A stretch of 62,961 nucleotides of DNA, filler included, from 5 parts of 5 records of this genome joined end to end with filler, not necessarily neighbours in it, one strand, 5' to 3'. Shown: positions 9,335 to 20,183, counted from the first letter of the whole stretch. Notes: generated by a model from the sequence alone, not told the origin. Numbers and translations: made by a program.

Positions 9335-10366
9335 GTGGGTTTTTTCCGTTTTTTTCTGGCATCCCTGGTACTTGTCAGCCACATGGGTTATACCGTCTTC
9401 GGCCTTAATCCCGGTGTCGCCGCCGTTGTGGTGTTTTACTTGCTCGCAGGTCAGGTGGTGTGCCGGCTTTGGCTAAGACAGTCGCAGCTTGACTTCGGTC
9501 AAAAAGTTCAGTGGTTCTACACAGATCGTGCCTGGCGAATCCTTCCCATGTATGGCTTCGTGCTTGTTGTAGCAGTTTGCGCCTGGTTACTCGGTGCAGA
9601 GTCATACTTCTTGTCGTCTTCACCAGAAGCCTCGGACTGGTTAAATAATGTACTAATCATTCCGCTCAATTACTATATGTTTAACGGAGCAGATACATTT
9701 ACGCTGCTTCCTCCCGCCTGGTCTTTAGCGGTTGAGCTTCAGTTTTATCTGCTCGTTCCCTTGTTGCTTGCCCACAAGGTGACTATGCTTGCGGCCTTTT
9801 CGGCCAGCATTGCGGTGTTCTGTTTTGCCCAAACAACCGTACTTAATACCGACATATTCGGTTATCGGCTCTTGGTCGGCATCGGGTTTCTGTTTATTTG
9901 TGGTTGCTGGCTGTCGCTTCGCAGCCATTCAAAGCTCCGTAGCAAACAGCAGGCTGCAATCACTGCGTTGTGGGCCTGCGCCGGGGCGTATTGCCTAATC
10001 CTGCTGCTTCTCCCGGAATACCGGCAACCTTATAACACGGAAGTTGCCTTCGGCTTCTTTGTTGGATTACCGGCAGTTTTGCTTTTTTCTCGCAGCAAGA
10101 CCCGGGGCCTGATAAAGCAAGGCGAGAAACTCGCCGGCGCATTGAGCTATGGCGTTTTCCTTGCACATTTCCCTGTCATCTGGCTTCTGGAGCTATGGCT
10201 CCCCGAGTACGCCCAAAGCGTGACGGCGGTACTTTTAGGTTCAACGATGATTGCGTTATCAGGGCACTTCCTGGTTGAGCGTCCGCTATGGCAGCGTTTC
10301 AGAATCGTTGTGCCCCCGGCTAAACAGAGCCTCAAGCAGCCTGGAAGCACTTTCTCGCCACGTTAG
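9335..10366 (+). CDS. Membrane acyltransferase family 3 (OafA-like, probable glycan O-acetyltransferase)
   Basis: AT3 motifs 'RFFLASLVLVSH', 'FYTDRAWRILP', 'WSLAVELQFY', 'LSYGVFLAH', 'LVERP'. The start could be GTG 9335 or TTG 9317. Confidence 0.85.
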   Translation: MGFFRFFLASLVLVSHMGYTVFGLNPGVAAVVVFYLLAGQVVCRLWLRQSQLDFGQKVQWFYTDRAWRILPMYGFVLVVAVCAWLLGAESYFLSSSPEASDWLNNVLIIPLNYYMFNGADTFTLLPPAWSLAVELQFYLLVPLLLAHKVTMLAAFSASIAVFCFAQTTVLNTDIFGYRLLVGIGFLFICGCWLSLRSHSKLRSKQQAAITALWACAGAYCLILLLLPEYRQPYNTEVAFGFFVGLPAVLLFSRSKTRGLIKQGEKLAGALSYGVFLAHFPVIWLLELWLPEYAQSVTAVLLGSTMIALSGHFLVERPLWQRFRIVVPPAKQSLKQPGSTFSPR

Positions 10367-13300
10367 CCATTGTATTTGGTTACTGTTAGTGGCCTGTCGG
10401 CCAGCTACAGATGGCGTTTCCAAAAACCTTTCAATCACTTGAGCCAGATCAGAATCCGACTCAAAGAATTCCGCCGCGCTGCCTGCCACTTCCCGGAAGA
10501 CAGGAATATCACGAACAATCAAAGGTACGTTGTGTTGTGCCGCTTCAATCAACGGCAGGCCAAACCCTTCTCCATAGGAGGCCGCGATCAGGCAAGCACT
10601 GGCAGCATATATTTCTTCAAGGTATTCGTCGCTGATTCCCTGCAGCCAGAAAAGGCGTTTGCCACTCTCCGGGTGGTTTTTGAGCTGTTGCACCACCTTG
10701 ATGATGCCACTACGTTCTGCCGCCGGGAGGTCGCGCCAACCCTCTTGCCCCACCACGACAAGGTTTGCGTCCAGCCCGTTTTGCCAGAGCTGTTCAAACG
10801 CTGATATCGCGCTCAGATGACCTTTTCGCGGCTCTATTGTACCAACCATCAAAAAGGTTGGACGTGAGGCGCACTCTTCTAATAGTTCTTTGGCATTGCT
10901 GGGCATCCCCATCGTTGGGGCTGAGCTTTCTACATCGGCACCAAGATGAAACCAGTCAACACGAAAGGCGCCTTCACGCCCCCGCTGGAGATCGTTCTCG
11001 CTCAGCCATTGCTCGAGGTCACGGGCGACCGTTTGCGAAATACAGAGTGCGCCGTCGAGCCGTGAAACCGCAGAGAGCCATCGTTCATGTGCTGTAGCTG
11101 TACCACTGGGGAAAACCTCTGGCATTTGAACCGGCAAAAGATCAAACACCGTAAAATAGGCGGGCACCCCCCGGTTCCTGTAGTCCGCATACAAACCGGA
11201 CTGTTCAGCTTGCACTAACTGCTCTCCAGACAAATCCAATCCTAAAAGGATATCCCCCATACCAGGGGCTACGACATCATCCTCCAACACCTCTGACGGG
11301 CAACCAAGGAGCTCCAGGTAATACTTGCGGGCATACCGATAATGCCATCGTCCACCACTTTCGCTCAGGTATACCGGCTCTATTCGGTAGTCTTCCGGGC
11401 ATAGCCCTGGTAACGTCATCAGTATGGAACGGGCAACCCTTTCTATCCCTGTTTTAAGGTCGTTGCGGCAGGTCGCTGTTATATCTAGAAGCAGTCGCTT
11501 ATGGGGGCGGCGAACCGGTAACGAAGCAGCGATACACTCAGAAAGCGATAGGATTTCATCTTCCTGAATCGTCTCCGGATTCGATGCAATAGCGTCGATC
11601 AGGCTGTCTCGGCCTGTTGCCGCTTCCCGACTGAATTGCTCGATCGCCTCTCTGTAACGACGAGAGCACTCCGCCGGAGAGTGGTTACTCAAGATCGCCT
11701 GACGAGCTCTGGCGCTGAGCCTTTGGCGTTCGCTCACATCTTCCCAGAGGCTTTCGAGAGCGTATGTCAGTTCACTGTTACTGAACTCATCGTCTAAAAG
11801 ACGCACCGCCTGTTTGTCCAGTTCGGCCATGGAACCGTTTGCGTTAACAACAACAGGTACTCCATAGCCCATACAGTCCAGAACGGCGGCTGAAGTCTCG
11901 CCTCGGGATTGCGCTCTGAGCTGAACCGCCAGATCCGAGGCCATGAGATATTGCCGGAAGTCATCCTGGAAGGCGTAACCGGTTATGTGAATCCGGTCTC
12001 CCAAACCGCTTTCTTCAATGCGTTTACGCAGGCTATTGCCGTAGTCGTCATCCGGGCATTGACCAACGAAAACAAGCTTTGTGTTTTCGGCAACCGCCAA
12101 CTCACTATTGAGCCAGCTTTCCAGGAGTCTGTGATTCAGCTTAGTTGCATCAAGAAAGCCGAAACTGCAGATGATGAAATCGTCCAGATTGAGGCCCAGC
12201 GCCTTACGAGCCTGCTTCTTGTCGAGCTGCTCCGGGGGCTGACGCACAAGTGGAATCACTTCTACTGGCCACTCGCAAAGGCCGCCGAACCATTGCTGAA
12301 TCAGGTTTCGGGAATACTCTGAATGCACAATAATGCCATCGGCTTTTTGTAAAACTCCGAGATTGGCGGGGTACTTGATTTTCGCTTCGCCGGGATTGGC
12401 GTACCGTTCTTTAACCGCCGGATACCCATGAGAGCAATACAGCGCATCTACCCAGGCATTTATCTCCCCTGCATCGCACTCCAACCAGGACATCAAACCG
12501 CTCAAGTAGAAGTCGTGCAGAACGACGGTTCCGGGAATATCCCGAATAAGGGCCAGCATGTGCTGATGGAACGGTGAATTACCCATCTGATAGATAACAC
12601 GATCTATACGGTCGACATTTGACCGAAGCCAGTCGACACTGCGCACGTTAACGCCCTTCTCGGAATTGATAGGTGTAACGTGCTTCTGCGCGACTACCAG
12701 CTCTATGTGGTAATAATCCGCTAATGCAGGTAACAGGTCTGCACTGTAATCTGCGATTCCCGTGCGCTCCGGAGGCATGGGAGACACAAAAGCGAGCGTA
12801 GGCTTGCCTGAGGGTAATGGCGCCCTCTGAACAGCAGTGTGGCCCTCACACAACGAACCCCATGCATCAATCGCCCGTTGCGCAGTTTTGTCCCAGGAAA
12901 ACTTGGATGCCTGTACTTTTGCGTGTTCCTGGAGCCTTGCCCGAAATCCGTCATCCTTGAGGCCATCCAGCATTTTTTGTCTGAGGCTCTCAACGCTGAA
13001 AGGGTCAAACATCGCCTCTTCAAGACCGATGACCTCGGGCAGGCTGGAACTCCGGGCACCGATCACCGGCGCACCGCACGCCATGGCTTCAAGCACGGGC
13101 AGGCCAAACCCTTCATGCCAAGAAGGAAACACGTATAGACGACAAAGATTATAGAGAAGAATCAGATCGTGATCGGATACGTAGCCGGTAAAGCACAGAC
13201 TGTCTCGGGACACCCCCTGCCTGCGAGCCCTCTCACTCAGTGTTGCGATATTTTCGTCTGACATCTTTCCTGCCAGAACCAACTGATGCTCACGCTGAAT

Positions 13301-14062
13301 TTCATCCGGAAGCGACGCAAATGCATCAATCAAACGGGGGAGGTTTTTTCGCTCATCTGCACCGCCGGTATACAACACAAACGGCTGCTGAATCCGGAAC
13401 TTCTGGCAAAACTCCTCAGCATCGGCCCGGCTGACGTCGACTTGACGAAAGGCTGGGTCTATTGCCGATGAGATATTAACAAACGGGCGATCGCCACAGT
13501 CGAGATTCCCAACACTCTCTTCTAAGGCCGATTCGGATATCGTAAGGAACTGATCCGCGCGAATCAGTTGTTTTAACTTATTTCTATAGAAGCGTTCAAA
13601 ACCCGGGTTTGGTGACAAGTAGTGATCGGGATTCAGAAGCGGTATGAGATCGTGAATGGTGACTGTCACCGGTGTCGATAAGTCGAAACGGCCAATACTG
13701 ATAACAGCATCGTCAATAAAGCCCTCAAACATACTGACGATATGGATAATGTCCGGTTTCAGACTGGCGAGAAATGCCTCTCTGATTTGCTCGGCAACCA
13801 CGCGCCTGGGATGGTTGGCAGGATCACACTCTTTTACTGGACCTGGCGCGTACCAAACACGAATATTTTCTTTAGGCAACAGGCCATGAAATGCACTCCT
13901 GATCGGCTCTACACTATCTGCAAATAGCCCATTCAGTGCCAGAAAGACTTCGTGCTGACCCCGATTCCGAACCACAGCCCGCGCAAAAGCCATTGTATGG
14001 CGGCCGATTCCACGAAAACGACTCTCAGACTGGGCGCCTTGCATATCAATGACAATGCGCAT
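10286..14062 (-). CDS. wbdA: Three-domain GT4 glycosyltransferase, WbdA(O8)-like mannan polymerase
   Basis: N-terminus 'MRIVIDMQGAQSESRFRGIGR' is characteristic of WbdA. Three GT-B modules have motifs 'EGFGLPVLEA', 'GETSAAVLDC' and 'EGFGLPLIEA'. It follows wbdD. Confidence 0.82.
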   Translation of the reverse strand: MRIVIDMQGAQSESRFRGIGRHTMAFARAVVRNRGQHEVFLALNGLFADSVEPIRSAFHGLLPKENIRVWYAPGPVKECDPANHPRRVVAEQIREAFLASLKPDIIHIVSMFEGFIDDAVISIGRFDLSTPVTVTIHDLIPLLNPDHYLSPNPGFERFYRNKLKQLIRADQFLTISESALEESVGNLDCGDRPFVNISSAIDPAFRQVDVSRADAEEFCQKFRIQQPFVLYTGGADERKNLPRLIDAFASLPDEIQREHQLVLAGKMSDENIATLSERARRQGVSRDSLCFTGYVSDHDLILLYNLCRLYVFPSWHEGFGLPVLEAMACGAPVIGARSSSLPEVIGLEEAMFDPFSVESLRQKMLDGLKDDGFRARLQEHAKVQASKFSWDKTAQRAIDAWGSLCEGHTAVQRAPLPSGKPTLAFVSPMPPERTGIADYSADLLPALADYYHIELVVAQKHVTPINSEKGVNVRSVDWLRSNVDRIDRVIYQMGNSPFHQHMLALIRDIPGTVVLHDFYLSGLMSWLECDAGEINAWVDALYCSHGYPAVKERYANPGEAKIKYPANLGVLQKADGIIVHSEYSRNLIQQWFGGLCEWPVEVIPLVRQPPEQLDKKQARKALGLNLDDFIICSFGFLDATKLNHRLLESWLNSELAVAENTKLVFVGQCPDDDYGNSLRKRIEESGLGDRIHITGYAFQDDFRQYLMASDLAVQLRAQSRGETSAAVLDCMGYGVPVVVNANGSMAELDKQAVRLLDDEFSNSELTYALESLWEDVSERQRLSARARQAILSNHSPAECSRRYREAIEQFSREAATGRDSLIDAIASNPETIQEDEILSLSECIAASLPVRRPHKRLLLDITATCRNDLKTGIERVARSILMTLPGLCPEDYRIEPVYLSESGGRWHYRYARKYYLELLGCPSEVLEDDVVAPGMGDILLGLDLSGEQLVQAEQSGLYADYRNRGVPAYFTVFDLLPVQMPEVFPSGTATAHERWLSAVSRLDGALCISQTVARDLEQWLSENDLQRGREGAFRVDWFHLGADVESSAPTMGMPSNAKELLEECASRPTFLMVGTIEPRKGHLSAISAFEQLWQNGLDANLVVVGQEGWRDLPAAERSGIIKVVQQLKNHPESGKRLFWLQGISDEYLEEIYAASACLIAASYGEGFGLPLIEAAQHNVPLIVRDIPVFREVAGSAAEFFESDSDLAQVIERFLETPSVAGRQATNSNQIQWLTWRESASRLLEALFSRGHNDSETLP

Positions 14063-14063
14063 T

Positions 14064-15350
14064 TTATTCGCTTCCTCTTCTCTTCTCGAGAGCGCCATAT
14101 AATTTACGGTGCACTTCACGGGCCTCCGGAGTCAGGTCTCCCAAAGATTCAGCAGCGTGTTGCCGCCATTGACTGGAGCCGGCGTGGTTCAGAATACTGC
14201 CGCCGTGGTAAATCCGCCGCAGGCGGCCGTATATACCGAGTTTTTGTGCAACCAGAACACAACGTCTGCGCAGCTTAGGATTTGCTCCAATCCAAACGGC
14301 CAGCAAAGACAGAGAAGAGACTATTACCTTCCTCAACGCGGACTTGATGCGGGCAACAGGCCCCAGCTTCCGAAGCAAAAACCACTGAAAACTGAGCCAT
14401 CTGGCTGCTTTTGTATATCGCCATGAGCGGCTGAGATATACAGATCTCAGCTCCTCTTCCATTTCCTCAATGATCGCGTGACTCCGTGCTGCGTTGACGG
14501 CAGCCTGGTCAGCTCGTTCCGCGGCTCTCTTGGCAGCCTCCACAGCTTGGTCTGAGATCGCCTGAAGCTTGTCAACAGCCTGCGAGTGGGTGCTAAGCCA
14601 TTGTCGTTCGTAGCGATTTGCCAAAGACTCCAGACTGATACCGAAGTTCTGGTTGAAGACGCTCTCAAGCAGCGAAGACGCTTGTTCATTTCCTGCTTTT
14701 TGCGCGACCACGGCATAGTCAGGACTAACACCAGTGAACACATCAATGAGCTTCAAGCCAGATTCATTACTTCCTATCTCTTTGCTCTCTTGCAACCGAA
14801 GCACACCCGTTCGGGCAAATCCATAGTACTCTGGCAAGAAGGACAACAACTCTTGAGGCAACGGTCTTTCGTGGGTGGGGTCCAGATAAAAGCTGTTGGC
14901 CCCTACCGTTACGTTCTCCGGGTTCGGCGTTTCGAGTATCAACAACCCACCGGGCTTGAGCACACGGAGAGACTCCTGAACCAGTGCCTGGAGAGCATCA
15001 AATGGCAGATGTTCAGCAACGTGAAATGCAGAGACTATCGAGAAGAAATCATCGGGCTGATGCTTCAGGTACTCTACGGCATCCGCCAGTTCCACCTCCA
15101 AGTTATTGAGTTTTGCGGCATTCAGCATTTCCTCATCAAGGTCAACACCGATGCCAGAAAAGCCAATATCCCTGAGAACCTCCAGCCATTCACCCCGACC
15201 GCAACCCAGGTCTACGGCTGGCGCGTCATGAAACACATCCAGTAGCGGCGTTACAAAGGGCTTATACACACCGAGCCGGGTTTTAATCAGCTCCCGAGAT
15301 CCTCGATGTTTGTCTTCAAACGCTTTGTAGAAATCCAGACTGTCGCTCAT
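14064..15350 (-). CDS. wbdD: SAM-dependent glycan chain-terminating methyltransferase with coiled coil, WbdD(O8)-like
   Basis: Motifs 'FYKAFEDKHRGS', 'DLGCGRGEWL', 'FHVAEHLPF', 'ETPNPEN..VG...FYLDPTH', followed by an Ala/Glu-rich coiled coil and 'SRSWRYT'. No kinase domain. Confidence 0.82.
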   Translation of the reverse strand: MSDSLDFYKAFEDKHRGSRELIKTRLGVYKPFVTPLLDVFHDAPAVDLGCGRGEWLEVLRDIGFSGIGVDLDEEMLNAAKLNNLEVELADAVEYLKHQPDDFFSIVSAFHVAEHLPFDALQALVQESLRVLKPGGLLILETPNPENVTVGANSFYLDPTHERPLPQELLSFLPEYYGFARTGVLRLQESKEIGSNESGLKLIDVFTGVSPDYAVVAQKAGNEQASSLLESVFNQNFGISLESLANRYERQWLSTHSQAVDKLQAISDQAVEAAKRAAERADQAAVNAARSHAIIEEMEEELRSVYLSRSWRYTKAARWLSFQWFLLRKLGPVARIKSALRKVIVSSLSLLAVWIGANPKLRRRCVLVAQKLGIYGRLRRIYHGGSILNHAGSSQWRQHAAESLGDLTPEAREVHRKLYGALEKRRGSE

Positions 15351-16558
15351 ACGGTAATCTCGGGTTCCATCCAATTGCACCCCTGAAACTGCACTCTGTC
15401 TATATTTACGACGTTGAATACAAGGGCCAAATCCCGCCATTCATAGTTGGCATTAATATGGGAGTCCATTGAGTGGAGAGCTGTTACGACAGAATAACTG
15501 CCAATTCCAAGATTGGCTTTGAAAGCAATGCGGAAATCATACTCGCTACCAACTTCAGGCTTTACAAGAGCTTGGTTGGTATGCCAAGTATTCGTGCCAT
15601 ACATAACCTGACCCAAACGATCTTTTATGGCGTACCCTAAAACCAGACTGTCGACGGCACTAAATACTTTAACTCTGATACGAAGCTCAACATCCTCGCC
15701 TACATTAATATGATCGGCTGGCTCACCGTTTTTATTCAAAAGCCCAATTTCTTCAATCTTTGCCTCTCCAGTGCCGGAGGACGTTTGAACCTTGCCGGTA
15801 TCGAGTTTTTTAACCTCGATCGTGCTATTTTCCTTTTCGGCAATAAGCGCGTTGTAAAAATCCATCACCTCTTCCGGTGATCCATCCTTAATAACACGCC
15901 CTTTCTCAAGCAGGAGAACACGGTCGCACAGAGCCTGTATAGATGCCCGGTCATGGGAGACGATCACCAGTGTCGTTCCCTTTTCCTGGAACTCACGTAT
16001 CCGGGCAAAACTCTTGTGCTGGAAGTAGGAATCACCCACTGAAAGGGCCTCATCCACTATCAGAATTTCAGGGCGCCATGCCGTCGCAACGGCAAAGGCC
16101 ACTCTTACCTGCATGCCACTTGAGTAAGTTCGAACCGGCTCGTCAAAGTAACTTCCTATCTCAGCAAACGATTCAATTTGCTCTATAGCCGAGTCTACTT
16201 CAGGTTTTCCAAAACCCATGATAGATGCGGCATGATATACATTCTGCCGCCCGGTCAGCTCTGGATTGAACCCCATTCCCAACTCCAGAATGGCCGCCAC
16301 CCTGCCACGAACCTCCACGTTACCAGAGGAAGGATGCAGCGTTCCTGTAATAAGCTTCAATAACGTACTCTTTCCAGCACCGTTCTGGCCAACAAGGCCC
16401 ACCGCCTCGCCTGCCCGTATCTGGAAAGATATATCGTCGATGATTCTAGATATTTCAACGGGCTTCACCGGAGCGCCAAACCAGCTCGCGACACGCTTCC
16501 ACTCAGAGCTAAACTCTCTGAATTCTTTTACCAGGTGCTGAACATCCAGAACACTCAC
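15347..16558 (-). CDS. wzt: Polysaccharide ABC exporter ATPase with C-terminal carbohydrate-binding module
   Basis: Walker A 'GQNGAGKST', signature 'YSSGMQVR', 'DEALSVGD', and a Wzt_C extension. GTGA overlap with wzm. Confidence 0.92.
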   Translation of the reverse strand: MSVLDVQHLVKEFREFSSEWKRVASWFGAPVKPVEISRIIDDISFQIRAGEAVGLVGQNGAGKSTLLKLITGTLHPSSGNVEVRGRVAAILELGMGFNPELTGRQNVYHAASIMGFGKPEVDSAIEQIESFAEIGSYFDEPVRTYSSGMQVRVAFAVATAWRPEILIVDEALSVGDSYFQHKSFARIREFQEKGTTLVIVSHDRASIQALCDRVLLLEKGRVIKDGSPEEVMDFYNALIAEKENSTIEVKKLDTGKVQTSSGTGEAKIEEIGLLNKNGEPADHINVGEDVELRIRVKVFSAVDSLVLGYAIKDRLGQVMYGTNTWHTNQALVKPEVGSEYDFRIAFKANLGIGSYSVVTALHSMDSHINANYEWRDLALVFNVVNIDRVQFQGCNWMEPEITV

Positions 16559-17349
16559 AGTTTGTCCACCATTTCTGCGCTGGCACGCCTTACCAGCCAA
16601 AGTCCTAGAACTAACAAAACGGCCCCAGCTACACCAAGAACAGCCAAGGAACTAATATCCGGCGTTTGCTGGTAGGCAAGAACGTCGTGGTAGGAATCAA
16701 CCAAAAGGTAGACGGGATTGTAAAGAAGCAGGTGCCTGAAATCGTCTGGAATAATAACGACAGGGTAGACAATGGGAGTGAACCAAAATAGAAACTGGAG
16801 CACGATAGGAACAAGTTGCGCGAGATCCCTGATAAATACGTTTAAAACCCCGATTATGACTCCCAATCCAAGAGCAAACAGCAACAAAACACCAGTGATC
16901 AGAGGAATCCAGAGAACGGATACAGTCGGCATGTGCCCCAGAAAACCAAAAATGACAATAATCGTAATGAACAGCAAAAAATTATTTATCGAAACGGTAC
17001 CAGCAATAATAATCGGCAGCGTAACCTTTGGTATCCTCATTTTTTTGAGTAATTCGCCATTGCCAACAAAGAGGTTTAGCGAACGGGTAATGGTATCGCT
17101 GAATAAGGTCCACGCCAGTATTCCAGACGTGAGATAAATAGCATAGGCATATTCATTGTCGATACCGTCAAACTTAGCAGATAACACCGCCGACAGAACG
17201 AAGGCATATATCGCAACCATGACCAATGGATGTATCAACAACCACAGCCCACCCAATCGACTTCGGGCAAATTGGTTAACCAATTCGTTTCGAACCGATG
17301 AGATGAGAAAATGTCGATACAGGTAAATACCCTTTACCCAACCGCGCAT
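16555..17349 (-). CDS. wzm: Polysaccharide ABC exporter permease
   Basis: ABC-2 permease motifs 'SRLGGLWLLIHPL' and 'FWFTPIVYP...YNP'. GGAGG RBS. Confidence 0.92.
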   Translation of the reverse strand: MRGWVKGIYLYRHFLISSVRNELVNQFARSRLGGLWLLIHPLVMVAIYAFVLSAVLSAKFDGIDNEYAYAIYLTSGILAWTLFSDTITRSLNLFVGNGELLKKMRIPKVTLPIIIAGTVSINNFLLFITIIVIFGFLGHMPTVSVLWIPLITGVLLLFALGLGVIIGVLNVFIRDLAQLVPIVLQFLFWFTPIVYPVVIIPDDFRHLLLYNPVYLLVDSYHDVLAYQQTPDISSLAVLGVAGAVLLVLGLWLVRRASAEMVDKL

Positions 17350-17384
17350 CAGCGCCTCCAAATTATCGACGCGTTTTAAGCGCG

Positions 17385-18695
17385 TTAAGAGCCAACCGCA
17401 ACGACATCAGTCGCCGATAACGTTCCAGCGACCTGACGCAACTCATATTGAAGCACGACGTTGTTAAAGGTCTCCCGGGTAACTTCTCGCCGGATTTTGG
17501 CGAGCCTGTTCCGGCTATCCAAGAGATCGTTCAGGCTTCGTACCCCGCCAAGGAACCCTTGTTCTGCAGCCTCCAGCGCCGCCCGGGCAGAATTCTCTGC
17601 GGCTTGAAGCGCGCCAATACGGCTGTAGCTTCCTTTCAATTCTTCAGTGATCCGTGCAATCTCAACCTGCACCTGATTCAACGTGTCCTTTACAGCATAT
17701 TCTGCAGCGTACATTCGCTCGGTTGCCTGCCTGACACGAGAGGATGTTCCTCCCCCCTTATACAACGGAACTCTTAGCTGTAGCTCTACTCGGGTCTCCT
17801 GGCGGAGGTTAGTCGCGAAGGTATCATTTTCTGTATACCTTGCACTCAAATAGAGCTCTGGCCAATGCGCCGCACTCTCGGCTTTTCTTGCAGCCTTCGC
17901 TAGCCCTAACTCTCCTTGCGCCCGCAGGAGCTGGGCGGCATTCTCGGCAGCCATATTCAACCAGTCCTGACTCAATAGAGTGGGGGTTCTGCGCCACATG
18001 CTGGCTGGAACGCCAACCAGGCTGCGATTATCCATCTCGATACCGGAAACCGCTTCCAGATTCTTTATTGCTACAAGGTAGTCGTGCTCCAACCCCGCAA
18101 GCTCCGCCTTGACCTCATCAATGCGGGCTTGTGCATCCAGGGTGTCGGCCTTGGTAGCAAATCCTCTGGAGCGCATGCTTTCGACTTGATCCAGTCTTTT
18201 TTGATGGCTAGCCAGCTCACTTTCAACAATACTGGTTTCAGCGCGAAGCATTTGTGCGCGAAGGAAGGCTTCAATAGCGGCATATCCAATCTCGAGCTCT
18301 CGACCTACGAGCTCTTCAGCGGCAAGTGCCGCCCCGGCCTTGGCGCGCTCAATCTCCCGGAAGGTTTTACCAGAGTAGATAACCTGATTCAGGCTTACAT
18401 CGTATCTTGTGTGCTGGTCCCTGTCGGTAATACTGCTCTGCAGGTCAAAATCTCTTGTGTATTCCGATGTCCCGTAACTAGCCGTTGCTTCCAACTGAGG
18501 TAGCGCAGCAGCCCAAGCCTCGCGCACGCCCTCTTTCTCGGCGTTGTACGTATACTGCTGGCTTTGCAAACCAAAGTTTCGCTCCAAAGCACGCTGATAT
18601 ACTTCGGCGAGACTAACCGCCCCCTCTGGAAAAGCCAATCCGGGCAGGCCAGACATCACCAAAAGAACCACTATTGCTAATCGCTGTCTCCTCAT
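17385..18695 (-). CDS. TolC-family outer-membrane protein of a type I secretion system
   Basis: Signal peptide, OEP repeat pattern ('LPQLEATASY', 'PLYKGGGTSSRVRQA'), third gene of the T1SS triplet. Confidence 0.9.
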   Translation of the reverse strand: MRRQRLAIVVLLVMSGLPGLAFPEGAVSLAEVYQRALERNFGLQSQQYTYNAEKEGVREAWAAALPQLEATASYGTSEYTRDFDLQSSITDRDQHTRYDVSLNQVIYSGKTFREIERAKAGAALAAEELVGRELEIGYAAIEAFLRAQMLRAETSIVESELASHQKRLDQVESMRSRGFATKADTLDAQARIDEVKAELAGLEHDYLVAIKNLEAVSGIEMDNRSLVGVPASMWRRTPTLLSQDWLNMAAENAAQLLRAQGELGLAKAARKAESAAHWPELYLSARYTENDTFATNLRQETRVELQLRVPLYKGGGTSSRVRQATERMYAAEYAVKDTLNQVQVEIARITEELKGSYSRIGALQAAENSARAALEAAEQGFLGGVRSLNDLLDSRNRLAKIRREVTRETFNNVVLQYELRQVAGTLSATDVVAVGS

Positions 18696-18701
18696 GGAGC
18701 A

Positions 18702-20180
18702 TTACTCCTCGCGGAACGCGCGTTCGAACATTCGAGTGATGGGATCCAACAAATACTGAAGTGCCGTACGCTCTCCGGTTTTAATCATCACTTCCGCCGG
18801 CATACCGGGCAGCAAGTACATTCCCTGGTTCTCCATGGTTTGCCTGCCCGTTTCGGTTAACTTGACCTTCGCCTCGTAATAGCGCTCCTCACTTTTCTTG
18901 TCTTCCAGGGCATCAGCTGACAGCCCAACCAGCTCCCCTTCGATGATATCTGCGGTCTGTTGGTTGAAGGCAGACAACCGTACGTCCGCAATCTGCCCAA
19001 CTGCCACACGGTCAATATCCTGAGGCTGAACACGAGCTTGTATCGTGTACTCCTGATCGCTGGGAACGACTTCCATGATAGGGTCGCCACCTCTGATAAC
19101 ACCGCCCACCGTATGCACGGTCATGCCAACGACTTTTCCCGTAACCGGAGCAACTATGGTTGTGCGGTCTAGCGTATCCCTCAAGGCTGTCCTTCGAGCG
19201 CTCAAATCAGCCCTGGCCTGCTGGGTTTCGCGAAGCCGCTCGGCGACCTCTTCGGCATAATTTTGGCGTGTAACCAGCAGTTCGGAGCGGGTTTCCCCGA
19301 TCTTGATTTCGAGCTCTGCCAGTTGGGATTCATTGCCAGACCTTTCCCCTTGAAGGCGATACAGCTCACGCTGCATTTCATTAATTCGGGTACGATCTGC
19401 AAGCTCCTGCTCGAATAACTCTTGCCAGTTTTTCAGCTCTTCCTCGTAGCTTTCGATTCGAGCCTCCACGTTACGGTTCATTGCCCGAAGCCCTTCCATT
19501 TGCTGCGACAACGCACGAATTCTCTGGTTATAGATCGCCACCTGTCCCTGCAAAGATTCAGTTCTTGACCGAAACAAAGCCTTCTGGCCTTCAATAATGT
19601 TGCGAACTGCTGGAACATCCTGCTCCGTCAACTCACTGGGAAACTCAATTTCATCTGCCCCAACTCTTTCTGCGCGAAGCCGGGCCTCGCGACCAAGAAC
19701 CTCGCGGAGCTCTGACTCGACCACGTCAAGCTCGGCCCGGGCCCTTGTGTCAGAAAGAATTACCAAAGCCTCTCCTTTGGCAACCTGATCACCATCCCGA
19801 ACCCTCAGTTCCGCAACGATACCGCCTTCCAGATGCTGAATTACTCGATTCTGGGACTCTACAATCACTTGCCCGGGAGCAATCGCAGCTCCGTCCAGTG
19901 GCGCCAAGGCAGCCCATCCGCCAGCACCGATGAACGTGACCAAGAGCACAATGAGGCCCGCTCTGACACGCCAACTGTAATCAGTTGGAATGCGATTCAT
20001 TGCTTCACCATCTTCAACAGCACCTTGATCCTCTCGGGTATAGGTACCAGGCAATGCAGACTCATCTACTTCTTCCCAACCGGTTTCGTCCTGACCGTTA
20101 TTGGGTGAAAGGGTGGCAGAAGCGTGCTCCTCCTGTTTCGGTGCAGGCTGTTGGTCGTGACGATCTTTTTCATTTGCCAT
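18702..20180 (-). CDS. HlyD/PrtE-family T1SS periplasmic adaptor
   Basis: Single TM, 'WAALAPLDGAAIAPG', 'IQHLEGGIV', long coiled coil, 'PGMPAEVMIKTGERT'. Confidence 0.92.
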   Translation of the reverse strand: MANEKDRHDQQPAPKQEEHASATLSPNNGQDETGWEEVDESALPGTYTREDQGAVEDGEAMNRIPTDYSWRVRAGLIVLLVTFIGAGGWAALAPLDGAAIAPGQVIVESQNRVIQHLEGGIVAELRVRDGDQVAKGEALVILSDTRARAELDVVESELREVLGREARLRAERVGADEIEFPSELTEQDVPAVRNIIEGQKALFRSRTESLQGQVAIYNQRIRALSQQMEGLRAMNRNVEARIESYEEELKNWQELFEQELADRTRINEMQRELYRLQGERSGNESQLAELEIKIGETRSELLVTRQNYAEEVAERLRETQQARADLSARRTALRDTLDRTTIVAPVTGKVVGMTVHTVGGVIRGGDPIMEVVPSDQEYTIQARVQPQDIDRVAVGQIADVRLSAFNQQTADIIEGELVGLSADALEDKKSEERYYEAKVKLTETGRQTMENQGMYLLPGMPAEVMIKTGERTALQYLLDPITRMFERAFREE

Positions 20181-20183
20181 ATA

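Noticed and set aside
15347..17349. Lower GC in wzm/wzt as evidence of recent horizontal transfer
   Set aside because: I only judged this by eye. It is common in polysaccharide and membrane-protein genes, and there are no mobility genes or att sites.
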